Notes: generated by a model not told the origin, from the sequence alone. DNA of 64,000 nt from Candidatus Rokubacteria bacterium CSP1-6 (GCA_001443385.1 LDXP01000001.1:5285-69284); one strand, 5' to 3'; numbered from the stretch's first letter, positions 20,104-29,106 are shown. Made by a program: numbers and translations.

Positions 20104-20133
20104 AGGATAGGCCCGAGCACGGAGCGTTGTCAA
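20104..20133 (-). promoter_or_regulatory. Putative sigma70 promoter of the dpp-like operon
   Basis: TTGACA-N18-TATCCT. Confidence 0.5.
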
Positions 20134-20169
20134 GGAGTGGGCCGGACCTTTTCTGTGTAGTGGATGCCT

Positions 20170-20341
20170 GCAAGAAGATGGCGTGGAGGAAAAGGCCGGA
20201 ACAAATGCCAAAGGCCGTAACCACACCGTCGTGACGGCCTCCTCGCAAGACGTTACGCACCACCAGCATCGTGTCCGCTCCAGGGCTCAGCGTCAGTGCC
20301 GCGGCGACCAATGTGAAGGTCAGCACTTGCCCGTCAATCAT
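20170..20341 (-). pseudogene. Truncated LysE/RhtB translocator (first ~55 codons only)
   Basis: LTLSPGADTMLVVRNVLRGGR..GVVTAFGICSGL..HA is a LysE N-terminus; then reads into the dpp promoter and stops at 20045 (LysE proteins are ~200 aa). Confidence 0.8.
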
Positions 20342-20350
20342 GTCCCCTCG

Positions 20351-21034
20351 CTAACGATCCAGGAGCGCGCGGGCTCGGCGGAAGATGGTGTGGAGCATCC
20401 CGCGAGTGAGCGTGCCCGTGAAGGTGTTCTGCTGGCTCGGGTGGTAGGAGGCCAGCAGCCGCACGCCATCGGAGAAGCGCGTGAGGCCGCCGTGGCGGAA
20501 GCGGGGGCGGGGCTTCGGCACCGGCTGCCCGGCGATCTCTCGCGCCCGCAGGTAGGCGTCGAAGCCGAACTTCCCCAGCGCCACGACCACGCGCACCTCA
20601 GGCAGCAACTCCAGCTCGCGGACGAGGAACGGCAGGCAGGCCTCCAGCTCCTGGGGCGTGGGCCGGTTGGCGGGAGGCGCGCAGCGGACCGGCGCCGTGA
20701 TGTAGGCGCCGCGCAGCCGGAGCCCGTCGCGCCCGTGGGCGGAGGTCGGCTGGTTGGCGAACCGCGCCGTGTGGAGCGCCTCCATGAGCCATTCGCCGCT
20801 GCTGTCCCCCGTGAACAGCCGCCCGGTGCGGTTGCCGCCGTGGGCCGCCGGCGCCAGCCCCACGATCAGGAGGCGCGCCTTGGGGTCGCCGAAGCCCGGG
20901 AGCGGGCGCGCCCAGTACACCTGTCCCTGAAAGCGCTTCGGCGGCTCCTGAGCCACGGCCTCGCGATGGGCCACCAGCCGGGGACAACGGCAGCAGGCGA
21001 TGACTTGCTCCCGAAGGGTCCTGAGAGACGCCAT
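20351..21034 (-). CDS. udgB: Family 5 uracil-DNA glycosylase (4Fe-4S)
   Basis: CCRCPRL, GLAPAAHGGNRTGR.FTGD.SG, RCAPPAN, HPSQQN. Confidence 0.92.
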   Translation of the reverse strand: MASLRTLREQVIACCRCPRLVAHREAVAQEPPKRFQGQVYWARPLPGFGDPKARLLIVGLAPAAHGGNRTGRLFTGDSSGEWLMEALHTARFANQPTSAHGRDGLRLRGAYITAPVRCAPPANRPTPQELEACLPFLVRELELLPEVRVVVALGKFGFDAYLRAREIAGQPVPKPRPRFRHGGLTRFSDGVRLLASYHPSQQNTFTGTLTRGMLHTIFRRARALLDR

Positions 21035-21038
21035 GGCG

Positions 21039-21764
21039 TCAGCGGCGCTCGGCGGTGCCGAGGTACGCCTCGATCACGGGGGGGGAGGCGGACACGGCCT
21101 GGGGCGAGCCTTCGGCGATCTTCTCGCCGTGGTGGAGGACGACGATGCGATCCGAGAGGGACATGATCGCCTTCATGATGTGCTCGATCACGACCACGGT
21201 GATCCCTTCGCCGCGGACCGCGCGGACCAGCGCCATCAACTCCCGCGCCTCCGAGCCGCGCAGGCCGGACAACATCTCGTCGAGCAGCAGCAGTTCGGGT
21301 TGGGTGGCGAGAGCGCGGGCCAGCTCGAGCCGCTTCCTGTCGGCGAGCGGTAATGTATGGGCCCGCGCGCCGGTGCGGGGTCCGAGCCCGACCCGCTCGA
21401 GAAGCCGGCCGGCATCGTCGCGGGACATCCGGCCGTCGCTGCGGCGTCCGAAGGAGCCGGCCACCAGCACGTTGTCCAGGACCGTGAGCTCGGGGAGGAG
21501 CCGGACGAGCTGGAACGTGCGGGCGATCCCGCCCCAGCAGATGCGGTGGGACGGCCACCCGGTGATGGGCTCGCCCTTGAACCGGATCTCGCCGCCGGTC
21601 GGGCGGACGAACCCCGTGACGGCGTTGAAGAGGGTGGTCTTCCCGGCGCCGTTGGGACCGATGAGGCCGACGATCTCCCCGCGCTCCACGCCAAGGCTGA
21701 CGTGGGAGAGCGCGGCGAGGCCGCCGAAGGCCACGGAGAGGTTCTCCACCTCCAGCAGCGGCAT
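21039..21764 (-). CDS. livG: Branched-chain amino acid ABC ATPase, LivG-like
   Basis: FGGL.AL, GPNGAGKTT, GIARTFQ, IEH.M, VIEAYLG. Confidence 0.85.
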   Translation of the reverse strand: MPLLEVENLSVAFGGLAALSHVSLGVERGEIVGLIGPNGAGKTTLFNAVTGFVRPTGGEIRFKGEPITGWPSHRICWGGIARTFQLVRLLPELTVLDNVLVAGSFGRRSDGRMSRDDAGRLLERVGLGPRTGARAHTLPLADRKRLELARALATQPELLLLDEMLSGLRGSEARELMALVRAVRGEGITVVVIEHIMKAIMSLSDRIVVLHHGEKIAEGSPQAVSASPPVIEAYLGTAERR

Positions 21765-21898
21765 GGCGGGCAGATAATACCATACTGCGTGTATCGCCGA
21801 TGACGGCTCGAGGGCCAGCGTTCATCGTTCATGGCGGGGCCAGGGCCGATCCCGCCGGGGGACGAGACGAGCTCAGGAACATGCCCTTCTAGCCTTCC

Positions 21899-21927
21899 TT
21901 GACACCCCGTGGGTCATTGGATAAGGT
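21899..21927 (+). promoter_or_regulatory. Putative sigma70 promoter for leaderless ilvA
   Basis: TTGACA-N17-TAAGGT, 7 nt before GTG 21935. Confidence 0.55.
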
Positions 21928-21934
21928 GCGGGGC

Positions 21935-23152
21935 GTGCTGTCCCTCTCCGACGTCGAGGCCGCCCGCCAGCGCCTCAGCAAGGCGATCTACGCCACGCCG
22001 TGCGCCTACTCCGAAACGCTCTCCCGCCTCACCGGCAGCCGCTGCTTCGTCAAGCTCGAGAACCTCCAGATGACGGGCTCCTTCAAGGAGCGTGGGGCGG
22101 CAAACAAGCTCCTGACCCTGTCCGCCCTGGAGCGGCAGCGGGGAGTCGTGGCGGCCAGCGCCGGCAACCACGGGCTGGCCGTGGCGTTCCACTGCCAGCG
22201 CCTCGGGATCCGCTCCCTCATCGTGATGCCGGAGTGGGCCCCGCTCATCAAGGTGACCTCCGCGCGCTACCACGAGGCGGAGGTGGTGCTGGCCGGCGCC
22301 AACTACGACGAAGCCTACGGCCACGCCCGGAAGATCGAGGCCGAGCGCGGGCTGACCTTCGTCCATCCCTTCGACGATCCCCAGGTCATCGCCGGCCAGG
22401 GGACGCTGGGGCTGGAGCTGCTCGAGCAGTGCCCCGACCTCGACGCCGTCGTTGTGCCGGTGGGGGGCGGCGGGCTGATCGGGGGCGTGGCCCTGGCCAT
22501 CAAGTCGAAGAATCCGCGGGCCCGGGTGATCGGGGTCCAGGCCGAAGAGATCGCGGCGATGCAGGCCTCGCTCCGGAGCGGCAAGCGCCTGACGCTGCCC
22601 GCCGCCGCCACCATCGCCGACGGCATCGCCGTCCGGGAGGTCGGCGAGCTCACCTTCGAGCTGGCGAAGCAGCACGTGGATGCCGTCGTGACCGTCACCG
22701 AGGAGGAGATCGCCAACGCGATCCTCCTGCTCCTCGAGATCGAGAAGACCGTCGTGGAGGGAGCCGGGGCCACCACGCTCGCCGCGCTGGTGAACAAGAA
22801 GGTCGCCCTCGAGGGGAAGACCGTGGTCCTGGTACTCTCGGGAGGGAACATCGACGTCAACGTCATCGCGCGGGTCATCGAGCGGGGCCTGGTGAAGGAC
22901 GGCCGCCTCGTACGCTTCTCCGTCCTGCTCCAGGACCGCCCCGGCGCGCTGGCGCGCCTTACAGCGCTCATCGCCCAATCGCGCGCCAACGTCCTCCACA
23001 TCAGCCACGACCGCGCGTTCTCCCATGCCCGGATCGGGGAGACGGAGGTGGTGGTGACGCTGGAGACCTCCGGGCGGGAGCAGATCGAGGCCGTCCAGCA
23101 GCGCCTGGGCGAGGCCGGCTACCGGGTCAAGGAGGTTGACACGCGCCAGTGA
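21935..23152 (+). CDS. ilvA: Threonine ammonia-lyase with C-terminal ACT domain
   Basis: ENLQMTGSFKERG, SAGNH, VGGGGL, SGGNID, ACT (DRPGAL). Confidence 0.93.
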   Translation: MLSLSDVEAARQRLSKAIYATPCAYSETLSRLTGSRCFVKLENLQMTGSFKERGAANKLLTLSALERQRGVVAASAGNHGLAVAFHCQRLGIRSLIVMPEWAPLIKVTSARYHEAEVVLAGANYDEAYGHARKIEAERGLTFVHPFDDPQVIAGQGTLGLELLEQCPDLDAVVVPVGGGGLIGGVALAIKSKNPRARVIGVQAEEIAAMQASLRSGKRLTLPAAATIADGIAVREVGELTFELAKQHVDAVVTVTEEEIANAILLLLEIEKTVVEGAGATTLAALVNKKVALEGKTVVLVLSGGNIDVNVIARVIERGLVKDGRLVRFSVLLQDRPGALARLTALIAQSRANVLHISHDRAFSHARIGETEVVVTLETSGREQIEAVQQRLGEAGYRVKEVDTRQ

Positions 23153-23169
23153 CCGCGCACCGAGCCCGC

Positions 23170-23802
23170 TTAGTCGCCGTCGAGGGGCCGCTGGTGGGGC
23201 GGCAGCCGGGAGGCGATGACGGCGCGCACCTGGCGCGCCAGCTCGGGCGCGGCCACGCGCGGTGGCACGCCGAGCGCAGGAGACACCGGCGGGTGGTAAA
23301 CGATGGTGATCCGACCCGGTCGCGGAAAGGCGCGCTGGGGCGGCCACGACTCGTGGCCGCCGACAATGGTCACGGGGAGGATCGCGGCGCCCTGCAAGCA
23401 CGCGAGCCGGAACGCTCCCGGCTTGAAGCGCTGGAGCCGGCCGTCGGGGGTGCGGCCGCCTTCGGGGAAGATCATGACCGCCTGCCCGGCCTTGAGGAGG
23501 CGCGCGGCGCCCCGGACCGCCGTCGGGTCAGCGCTCTCCGTCTCCAGCGGGAACGCGCGGAGGAACCGGATCAGCCGGCCGAAGAGCGGCACCGTGAACA
23601 GCCGGTTCCATGCCATGAAGTAGACCGGGCGGCGCGCGGCAAGGGTGACCAGCGCAGGATCGGCGTACGTGACGTGATTCGGCGCGATGATGAGTGGCCC
23701 TTCGGGCGGAATGTTCTCGACACCCTCGAAGCGAACGCCGAAGTACCCGCGCCCGAAGAGCCAGACGGCCGGCAGGAAGATCTCGGGCCCAAGCAGTCGC
23801 AC
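23170..23802 (-). CDS. plsC: 1-acyl-sn-glycerol-3-phosphate acyltransferase
   Basis: NHVTYAD (HX4D), FPEGGR. Confidence 0.85.
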   Translation of the reverse strand: MRLLGPEIFLPAVWLFGRGYFGVRFEGVENIPPEGPLIIAPNHVTYADPALVTLAARRPVYFMAWNRLFTVPLFGRLIRFLRAFPLETESADPTAVRGAARLLKAGQAVMIFPEGGRTPDGRLQRFKPGAFRLACLQGAAILPVTIVGGHESWPPQRAFPRPGRITIVYHPPVSPALGVPPRVAAPELARQVRAVIASRLPPHQRPLDGD

Positions 23803-23822
23803 GCTACGATTCTCACACAGCG

Positions 23823-23853
23823 AAAAAAAAGCCGCAACCAGAGGTCGCGGCTT
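23823..23853 (-). terminator. Rho-independent terminator after dksA-like gene
   Basis: GCCGCGACC-TCT-GGTTGCGGC followed by T8 on the minus strand. Confidence 0.8.
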
Positions 23854-23885
23854 CGTGGAATCGGTATGGGGTTCCGACTCGGAGG

Positions 23886-24299
23886 CTAGTCCTCTTCCTC
23901 GGGCTCGCCGAACAGGACCGCGGCCGGCTCGAGCCGCCGGGCCAACCGCTCGAGTTTATCCTGGCAGCGGACGCAGGTGGTCACCTCGGGCATCGCCTTG
24001 AGCCGGGCCGGCGCGATCGGCTCCCCGCACTCCTCGCAGGTGCCGTACTCGCCCTCCCGGAGCCGGTCGAGGGCCTCGGCCAGCCGGTTGGCGCGCTCCA
24101 CGAGGAGGCTCCGGGTGGCGAAGCTGACCTCCCGCTCTCCCTGCACCTGGACTTCTTCCGTCGGGTCAGAAAAGGGGCTGTTGTCCCCGAGGGCCCCGGG
24201 GAACTCCTCGATGACCACCGCGCCTCCCAGCTGGCGGAGCCGGCCCATCACGCTCCCCAGTTCTTTTTCGATTCTGTCTCGAACGTCGTCCATGGCCAT
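23886..24299 (-). CDS. TraR/DksA family C4 zinc-finger transcription factor
   Basis: ALDRLREGEYGTCEECGEPI...RLKAMP...CVRC; AAGGAGG RBS. Confidence 0.9.
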   Translation of the reverse strand: MAMDDVRDRIEKELGSVMGRLRQLGGAVVIEEFPGALGDNSPFSDPTEEVQVQGEREVSFATRSLLVERANRLAEALDRLREGEYGTCEECGEPIAPARLKAMPEVTTCVRCQDKLERLARRLEPAAVLFGEPEEED

Positions 24300-24330
24300 C
24301 CCCTCCTTGTGGGGTGTCTGCTTTTCGACG

Positions 24331-24346
24331 TGCAATGCCCATGCCG
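24331..24346 (-). promoter_or_regulatory. sigma54 -24/-12 promoter for the dksA-like gene
   Basis: CGGCATGGGCATTGCA (GG-N10-GC), AT-rich tract upstream. Confidence 0.65.
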
Positions 24347-24493
24347 CGATTCACGAGGGGGGATCACTAGAAAACTTATGTAAAAACATATAGATAGAGA
24401 TCAGGAGGGGCGCAAATCCAGGCCGGAGAGGGCAAATTGGGACAATCCGACCCCTCCGGTTGTCAAATTTGGACCACGACCGCCGGGGGGCGG

Positions 24494-24787
24494 TCAGGAG
24501 GGGGAGGGGGAAGGCAGGGTCTTCCTCAGAACCTCCTCGAACGTGCCTTCGAGCTCAGCGACAACGGCCTGGGCCACGGCATCCGCGCTCCCCGGCCGGT
24601 CGCTGACCGGACCGGCCTCCCAGCCGTCAAGGTAGGCCTGGCTCTCGGAGGCGCCCTGGCGCATGGCCGCTGCGTCAATCAAATCCTGAAACCGCTGGGA
24701 GAGGGGCGTACGGGTCGTGCGGTCCCCGTCCTGAGCTTCCACCAAGGAGGGGATGCCCTTCCAGGAGATCACCCGGTACGTGGCCAC
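24494..24787 (-). CDS. 'Virulence_fact' family small protein (usually found with corrinoid/methyl-THF genes)
   Basis: YRVISWKGIPSLV, LSQRFQDLIDAAAM.QG, AYLDGW. Confidence 0.7.
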   Translation of the reverse strand: MATYRVISWKGIPSLVEAQDGDRTTRTPLSQRFQDLIDAAAMRQGASESQAYLDGWEAGPVSDRPGSADAVAQAVVAELEGTFEEVLRKTLPSPSPS

Positions 24788-24844
24788 TAGGCTGCCTGCG
24801 ACCACATGGCCAAGTCGTTGCGGGCTACCGGTCGTGCGCCGGGA

Positions 24845-24865
24845 CGAGAACCGAGCAGCCCAAGG
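24845..24865. repeat. Partial copy of the 53892-54016 miniature element
   Basis: CGAGAACCGAGCAGCCCAAGG vs CGAGAACCGAGTAGCCCAAGG at 53901-53921 (20/21). Confidence 0.6.
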
Positions 24866-24877
24866 TCGGCACGGCGG

Positions 24878-26305
24878 CTAGGCGGAGACGACCTTCCGCT
24901 TGCGACGGGCCACGCCGGTGTCGTAGGCCGCCTGGGCGACCGCCGAGGCCACCGCCTCCACCACCCGCTTGTCGAACACCGACGGGGTGATGTACTCCGC
25001 GTTGAGCTCCGACTTCGACACGATGTTGGCAATGGCGTGGGCGGCCGAGATCTTCATCTCGTCGTTGACGGTCCGGGCCCGGACGTCGAGGAGCCCCCGG
25101 AAGATCCCCGGGAAGCCGCACACGTTGTTGATCTGGTTCGGGTAGTCGGAGCGCCCCGTCGCCATGACCTTCACGTGCCGGCCCGCCTCCTCGGGCATGA
25201 TCTCCGGCACCGGATTGGCCATCGCGAAGACGATCGGGTCCCGCGCCATCCGCTTGATGTCCTTCAGGGTCACCACGCCGGGCCCCGAGAGCCCGATGAA
25301 GACGTCGGCCCCTTCCAGGGCCTGGCCGATCTCCCCCCGGAGCCGCTTCGGGTTCGTGTGCTCGGCGAACCACACCTTCATGGGATTCATGTTCTCCTTG
25401 CGCCCCTTGTAGAGGATCCCGCTCCGGTCGGCTCCGATGACGTGCCGCACGCCGACCTTCATCAGGAGCTTCGCGGTGGCAGTGGCGGAGGCGCCCGCCC
25501 CGCTGAAGACCACCGTGACGTCGGACATCCGCTTCTTCACGATCTTGAACGCATTGATCAGCGCCGCCAGAACGACCACGGCGGTGCCGTGCTGATCGTC
25601 GTGGAAGACCGGGATGTCCAGCTCCTTCTTGAGCCGCTCCTCGATGGTGAAGCAGCGCGGGGCGGAGATGTCCTCCAGGTTGATGCCCCCGAAGACGGGG
25701 GAGATCGCCTTCACGATCTTCACGATCTCGTTCGGGTCCTTGGTGGCGAGACAGATGGGAAAGGCGTCCACGCCGGCCAGCTCCTTGAAGAGGAGGGCTT
25801 TGCCCTCCATCACCGGCAGGGCCGCGCGCGGGCCGATGTCGCCGAGCCCGAGGACCGCGGTGCCGTCGGTGACGACCGCGACACAGTTCTGCTTGATGGT
25901 GAGCGTGTAGGCCTTTTCCGGGTCCTCATGGATGGCCATGCAGACCCGGGCGACTCCGGGCGTGTAGGCCATGGAGAGGTCGTCCCGCGTCTTCACGGCC
26001 ATCTTCCCCCTCACCTCGATCTTGCCTCCCAGGTGCATGAGGAAGGTGCGGTCCGAGACGTTGACGACCTTGACCCCGGAGACCGCGCGCAGGCGATCGA
26101 CGACCTGCGTGCCGTGCTTGTCATCGCGGGCCTTGAAGGTGATATCCCGCGTGACGGTATTCCTCCCCACCTGGACCAGGTCGATGGCCCCGATGTCGCC
26201 GCCGGCCTTGCCGATGGCGGAGGTGACTTTCCCGAGCATCCCCGGGCGGTTCACGATATCGAGCCTTACGGTCATGCTGTAGCTGGCACTGGGGGCGCCG
26301 ATCAT
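24878..26305 (-). CDS. NAD(P)-dependent malic enzyme with N-terminal ACT domain
   Basis: AYTPGVA, GTAVLGLGDIG, NLEDI, FHDDQHGTA, GAGASA, TGRSDYPNQINN. Confidence 0.93.
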   Translation of the reverse strand: MIGAPSASYSMTVRLDIVNRPGMLGKVTSAIGKAGGDIGAIDLVQVGRNTVTRDITFKARDDKHGTQVVDRLRAVSGVKVVNVSDRTFLMHLGGKIEVRGKMAVKTRDDLSMAYTPGVARVCMAIHEDPEKAYTLTIKQNCVAVVTDGTAVLGLGDIGPRAALPVMEGKALLFKELAGVDAFPICLATKDPNEIVKIVKAISPVFGGINLEDISAPRCFTIEERLKKELDIPVFHDDQHGTAVVVLAALINAFKIVKKRMSDVTVVFSGAGASATATAKLLMKVGVRHVIGADRSGILYKGRKENMNPMKVWFAEHTNPKRLRGEIGQALEGADVFIGLSGPGVVTLKDIKRMARDPIVFAMANPVPEIMPEEAGRHVKVMATGRSDYPNQINNVCGFPGIFRGLLDVRARTVNDEMKISAAHAIANIVSKSELNAEYITPSVFDKRVVEAVASAVAQAAYDTGVARRKRKVVSA

Positions 26306-26348
26306 GGGGCGGTCCTCCTCCTAGAACAACGATGAAGATAAGTGCGGA

Positions 26349-26531
26349 TCAAGGACTCTGGTGGCAAAAAAAGTCCCAGTTGAGCGTATCCCGGGCCCGC
26401 TCGGCCCGGTGACAGCGGTCCGGTTTCCAGTCGGGGAACGTGCTCGCGCACCCGGTCAGCACCGAAAGCGAGACGGCCAGGAGGCCCAGCCGGAACCACC
26501 GGGACCCGAGCGCGCCTTTCGCCGAACTCAT
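26349..26531 (-). CDS. Small predicted lipoprotein (60 aa)
   Basis: Lipobox LTG-C after hydrophobic core; TTGACG-N17-TGGAAT-N6-ATG. Confidence 0.65.
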   Translation of the reverse strand: MSSAKGALGSRWFRLGLLAVSLSVLTGCASTFPDWKPDRCHRAERARDTLNWDFFCHQSP

Positions 26532-26537
26532 GGCCCC

Positions 26538-26604
26538 ATTCCACCCGTTCCCGAGCCCGCCGTCAAGGGCATACCTTGACAGCCGCCGCCCCCGCCGCTA
26601 CTGT
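26538..26604. promoter_or_regulatory. Back-to-back sigma70 promoters
   Basis: Minus: TTGACG(26566)-N17-TGGAAT; plus: TTGACA(26576)-N17-TACTGT; the two -35 boxes form the palindrome GTCAAGG-N5-CCTTGAC. Confidence 0.6.
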
Positions 26605-26637
26605 GGAGCCTGATCGACCCGCGCCCAGGAGAACACA

Positions 26638-28488
26638 ATGATTGATACCAAGACGGCCGATAAGGAACTCCAGCTCTACATCCGCCCCCAGACCTTCCCG
26701 GTGGCGGTCCGGATGCTCAAGCCGGGAGAGGAAATTCCCGAGAAGGCCAAGCGACCGGCGCGCGATTTCAAGAAGCTCTCTATGAACTGCCAGGTCATCG
26801 ACATGGCGCGCCGCTACGGCTGGATGATCGCCCTCACGCGCGAGGACCACATCTGCTCGCTCGGGATCACCGCGCTGGGGTTCGACACGCCCACCCACAT
26901 CTACACCTCCGGCACGCTCTGCGAGGGGATGTACACGGAGACCAAGGAGGCCGGCCAGCGCTCCGAGGCGGCGGTGGACAAGTTCAAGCCCGGGGAATAT
27001 TACTGCCTGCTGGTCGCCCCGCTCGACCGGGCCACGTTCGAGCCGCACCTGGTCGTGCTCTACGCCAACCCCGCCCAGGTGATGCGGCTCACGCAGGCCG
27101 CGCTCTGGAAGCGGGGCGGCAAGCTCACCTCGTCCTTCCAGGGACGGATCGACTGCTCCGAGATCATCGTCACGACCATGCAGACCGACCAGCCGCAGCT
27201 GATCCTCCCCTGCTCCGGCGACCGGATCTTCGGCCAGACCCAGGACCACGAGATGGCCTTCACGATCCCCTGGGACCGGATGGAGGAGATCATCGAAGGG
27301 CTCAAGGGCACCCATCAGGGGGGGATCCGCTATCCGATCACCCAGTTCATGGAGTACGAGGCCAAGCTGCCGCCCAAGTACATGGAGGTCAACCGGCTCT
27401 GGGACGTGGAGAAGGGCAAGGCCCAGTACACGCCCCGGGACCGCGTCGTGGCGGCCTACAAGGGGAGCTTCGCCGACCGCGTCCCGGTCTACCCCATCGC
27501 CGGTTCCTTCGCGGGCTGCCTGGACGGCCTCTCCATCGAGGAGTACTGCACGGACCCCAAGAAGGCCGTGAAGGCCATGCTGAACTACTACGAGCGCTAC
27601 CAGCCGGACGTGATGCTGGCGTACAACGACCTGGCCAAAGAGGCCGAGGCCGTCGGCTGCAAGGTGAAGTACTCCGACTACGTCGTCCCCTCGATCGCGA
27701 CCCACGTCCTCCAGGACGACAAGGGGAAGTTGGCGAAGCTGGAGATCCCCGACCCCTACAAGGACGGCCGCCTGCCGGGCTTCCTGGAGCAGTGCGAGGC
27801 GCTGTCGAAGGCCAACTTCCCCAGCGCCCTCGGCGCGGTGCTCGTGGGGCCCTGGACGATCGCCATGCTGATGCGGAACCCGGAGGTGATGCTGCTGGAC
27901 ACCTTCGAGGACCCGGAGTTCATCCATGCCCTGATGCGCTTCGCCACCGAGTACGCCAAGCGCTTCGGCGACGCCGTGATCAAGACCAAGATCGGCCTCT
28001 CCTACTCCGACCCCACGGCGTCCTGCAGCCTCGTCGGCCCGGACACCTACCGGGAGTTCATCAAGCCCTACCACAAGGAGCTGGTGGACTACTTCAAGGC
28101 CAAGAAGGTCAACGTGACCGTCCACATCTGCGGCACGACCCACCAGATCTACGAGGACCTGCTCGACGCGGGGTTCACCACCGTCACGATCGACCTCGAC
28201 CAGCAGGCCGACCCGAAGCTCCGGGTGGACCAGCTGAAGCGCCTCGTCGAGCTGGCCTCCTCGCGGAACGTCGTGACCATCGGCAACGTGGACGCCACCA
28301 TCTTCGAGCGGGCCACGAAGGAGGAGATGGAGGCGGAGGTGCGGCGCTGCATCGACACGGCGGCCCGCTTCTCCCGCTACGTGCTCTCCACCTCCTGCGA
28401 GCTACCGCCCCGCGCCAAGCCCGAGATCGTCCAGTGGTTCATGGACGCCGCCCACGACTACGGTCGCTACGAACGCCTGATGGGATAA
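26638..28488 (+). CDS. DUF169 domain fused to URO-D/MtaA-CmuA family methyltransferase domain
   Basis: N-term PVAV, CQ.I.MARRYG, CSLG, YANPAQ.MRL, CS, PCSGDR; C-term PRDRV.AA..G...DRVPV, GPWT, DPTAS, HICG, GNVD, STSCE. Confidence 0.82.
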   Translation: MIDTKTADKELQLYIRPQTFPVAVRMLKPGEEIPEKAKRPARDFKKLSMNCQVIDMARRYGWMIALTREDHICSLGITALGFDTPTHIYTSGTLCEGMYTETKEAGQRSEAAVDKFKPGEYYCLLVAPLDRATFEPHLVVLYANPAQVMRLTQAALWKRGGKLTSSFQGRIDCSEIIVTTMQTDQPQLILPCSGDRIFGQTQDHEMAFTIPWDRMEEIIEGLKGTHQGGIRYPITQFMEYEAKLPPKYMEVNRLWDVEKGKAQYTPRDRVVAAYKGSFADRVPVYPIAGSFAGCLDGLSIEEYCTDPKKAVKAMLNYYERYQPDVMLAYNDLAKEAEAVGCKVKYSDYVVPSIATHVLQDDKGKLAKLEIPDPYKDGRLPGFLEQCEALSKANFPSALGAVLVGPWTIAMLMRNPEVMLLDTFEDPEFIHALMRFATEYAKRFGDAVIKTKIGLSYSDPTASCSLVGPDTYREFIKPYHKELVDYFKAKKVNVTVHICGTTHQIYEDLLDAGFTTVTIDLDQQADPKLRVDQLKRLVELASSRNVVTIGNVDATIFERATKEEMEAEVRRCIDTAARFSRYVLSTSCELPPRAKPEIVQWFMDAAHDYGRYERLMG

Positions 28489-28517
28489 GGGAAGAGATCC
28501 GGGAGGTCCGATAGAAG

Positions 28518-28555
28518 CAAAAGCGGCGCGGTGGGGTGATCCCGCCGCGCCGCTT
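28518..28555. terminator. Hairpin terminator between convergent genes
   Basis: AAGCGGCGCGGTGGG-GTGAT-CCCGCCGCGCCGCTT, T-run on the minus strand. Confidence 0.75.
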
Positions 28556-28575
28556 CTATAGTCGGTGAGCCGGAC

Positions 28576-28935
28576 CTACCAGCGGAAGGGCTTGGGCGAC
28601 CTGCCGCCTCCGAAACCGCCGCCGCGACGGTCACCGAAGCCTCCTCCGGGGCGACCGCCGCCCGGCCGGCCGCCGCCGGAGCGCGCGCCCTGGGGGTTGG
28701 CCGTGTTGACGATCAGCCGGCGGCCATCGAGCTCGCGACCGTTGAGCTGGGCGATGGCCTGCTGGGCCTCCTCCGTCGTGGACATCTCCACGAACCCGAA
28801 GCCCTTCGACTGGCCCGAGAACTTGTCGGTGATCACGGTGGCGGACTCGACGGTCCCGCACTGGGTGAAGAACTCGCGCAGACCCTCGGTGGTGGTGGAG
28901 TAGGACAAACCGCCGACGTACAGCTTGGACGCCAT
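28576..28935 (-). CDS. RRM (RNP-1) RNA-binding protein with Gly/Arg tail
   Basis: KLYVGGL (RNP2), KGFGFVEM (RNP1); AAGGAGG RBS. Confidence 0.93.
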   Translation of the reverse strand: MASKLYVGGLSYSTTTEGLREFFTQCGTVESATVITDKFSGQSKGFGFVEMSTTEEAQQAIAQLNGRELDGRRLIVNTANPQGARSGGGRPGGGRPGGGFGDRRGGGFGGGRSPKPFRW

Positions 28936-29106
28936 GGGCGCCTCCTTGTGGTCCCCGCGCGTCAGCGCAGGGTCGATCTCTTCCGCTCGAGTTTCACGCC
29001 CCGACATGCGGAAGAGATGCTAGCGGAGGCGAGGCATGCACTACGGCACACACCAACTAGTATACAGCATGATCGGGTCTTAGGCCCGACAAGAAGTGGA
29101 GCCCCT

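Noticed and set aside
21899-21934. TTG start for ilvA, and other ORF-track N-terminal extensions (14297, 47149, 50808, 53866)
   Set aside because: Extensions overlap promoter boxes or neighbouring genes; downstream starts fit better
27430-28488. Calling the URO-D domain hemE
   Set aside because: Lacks the HemE RQAGR signature and has Zn-methyltransferase HxC/C ligands
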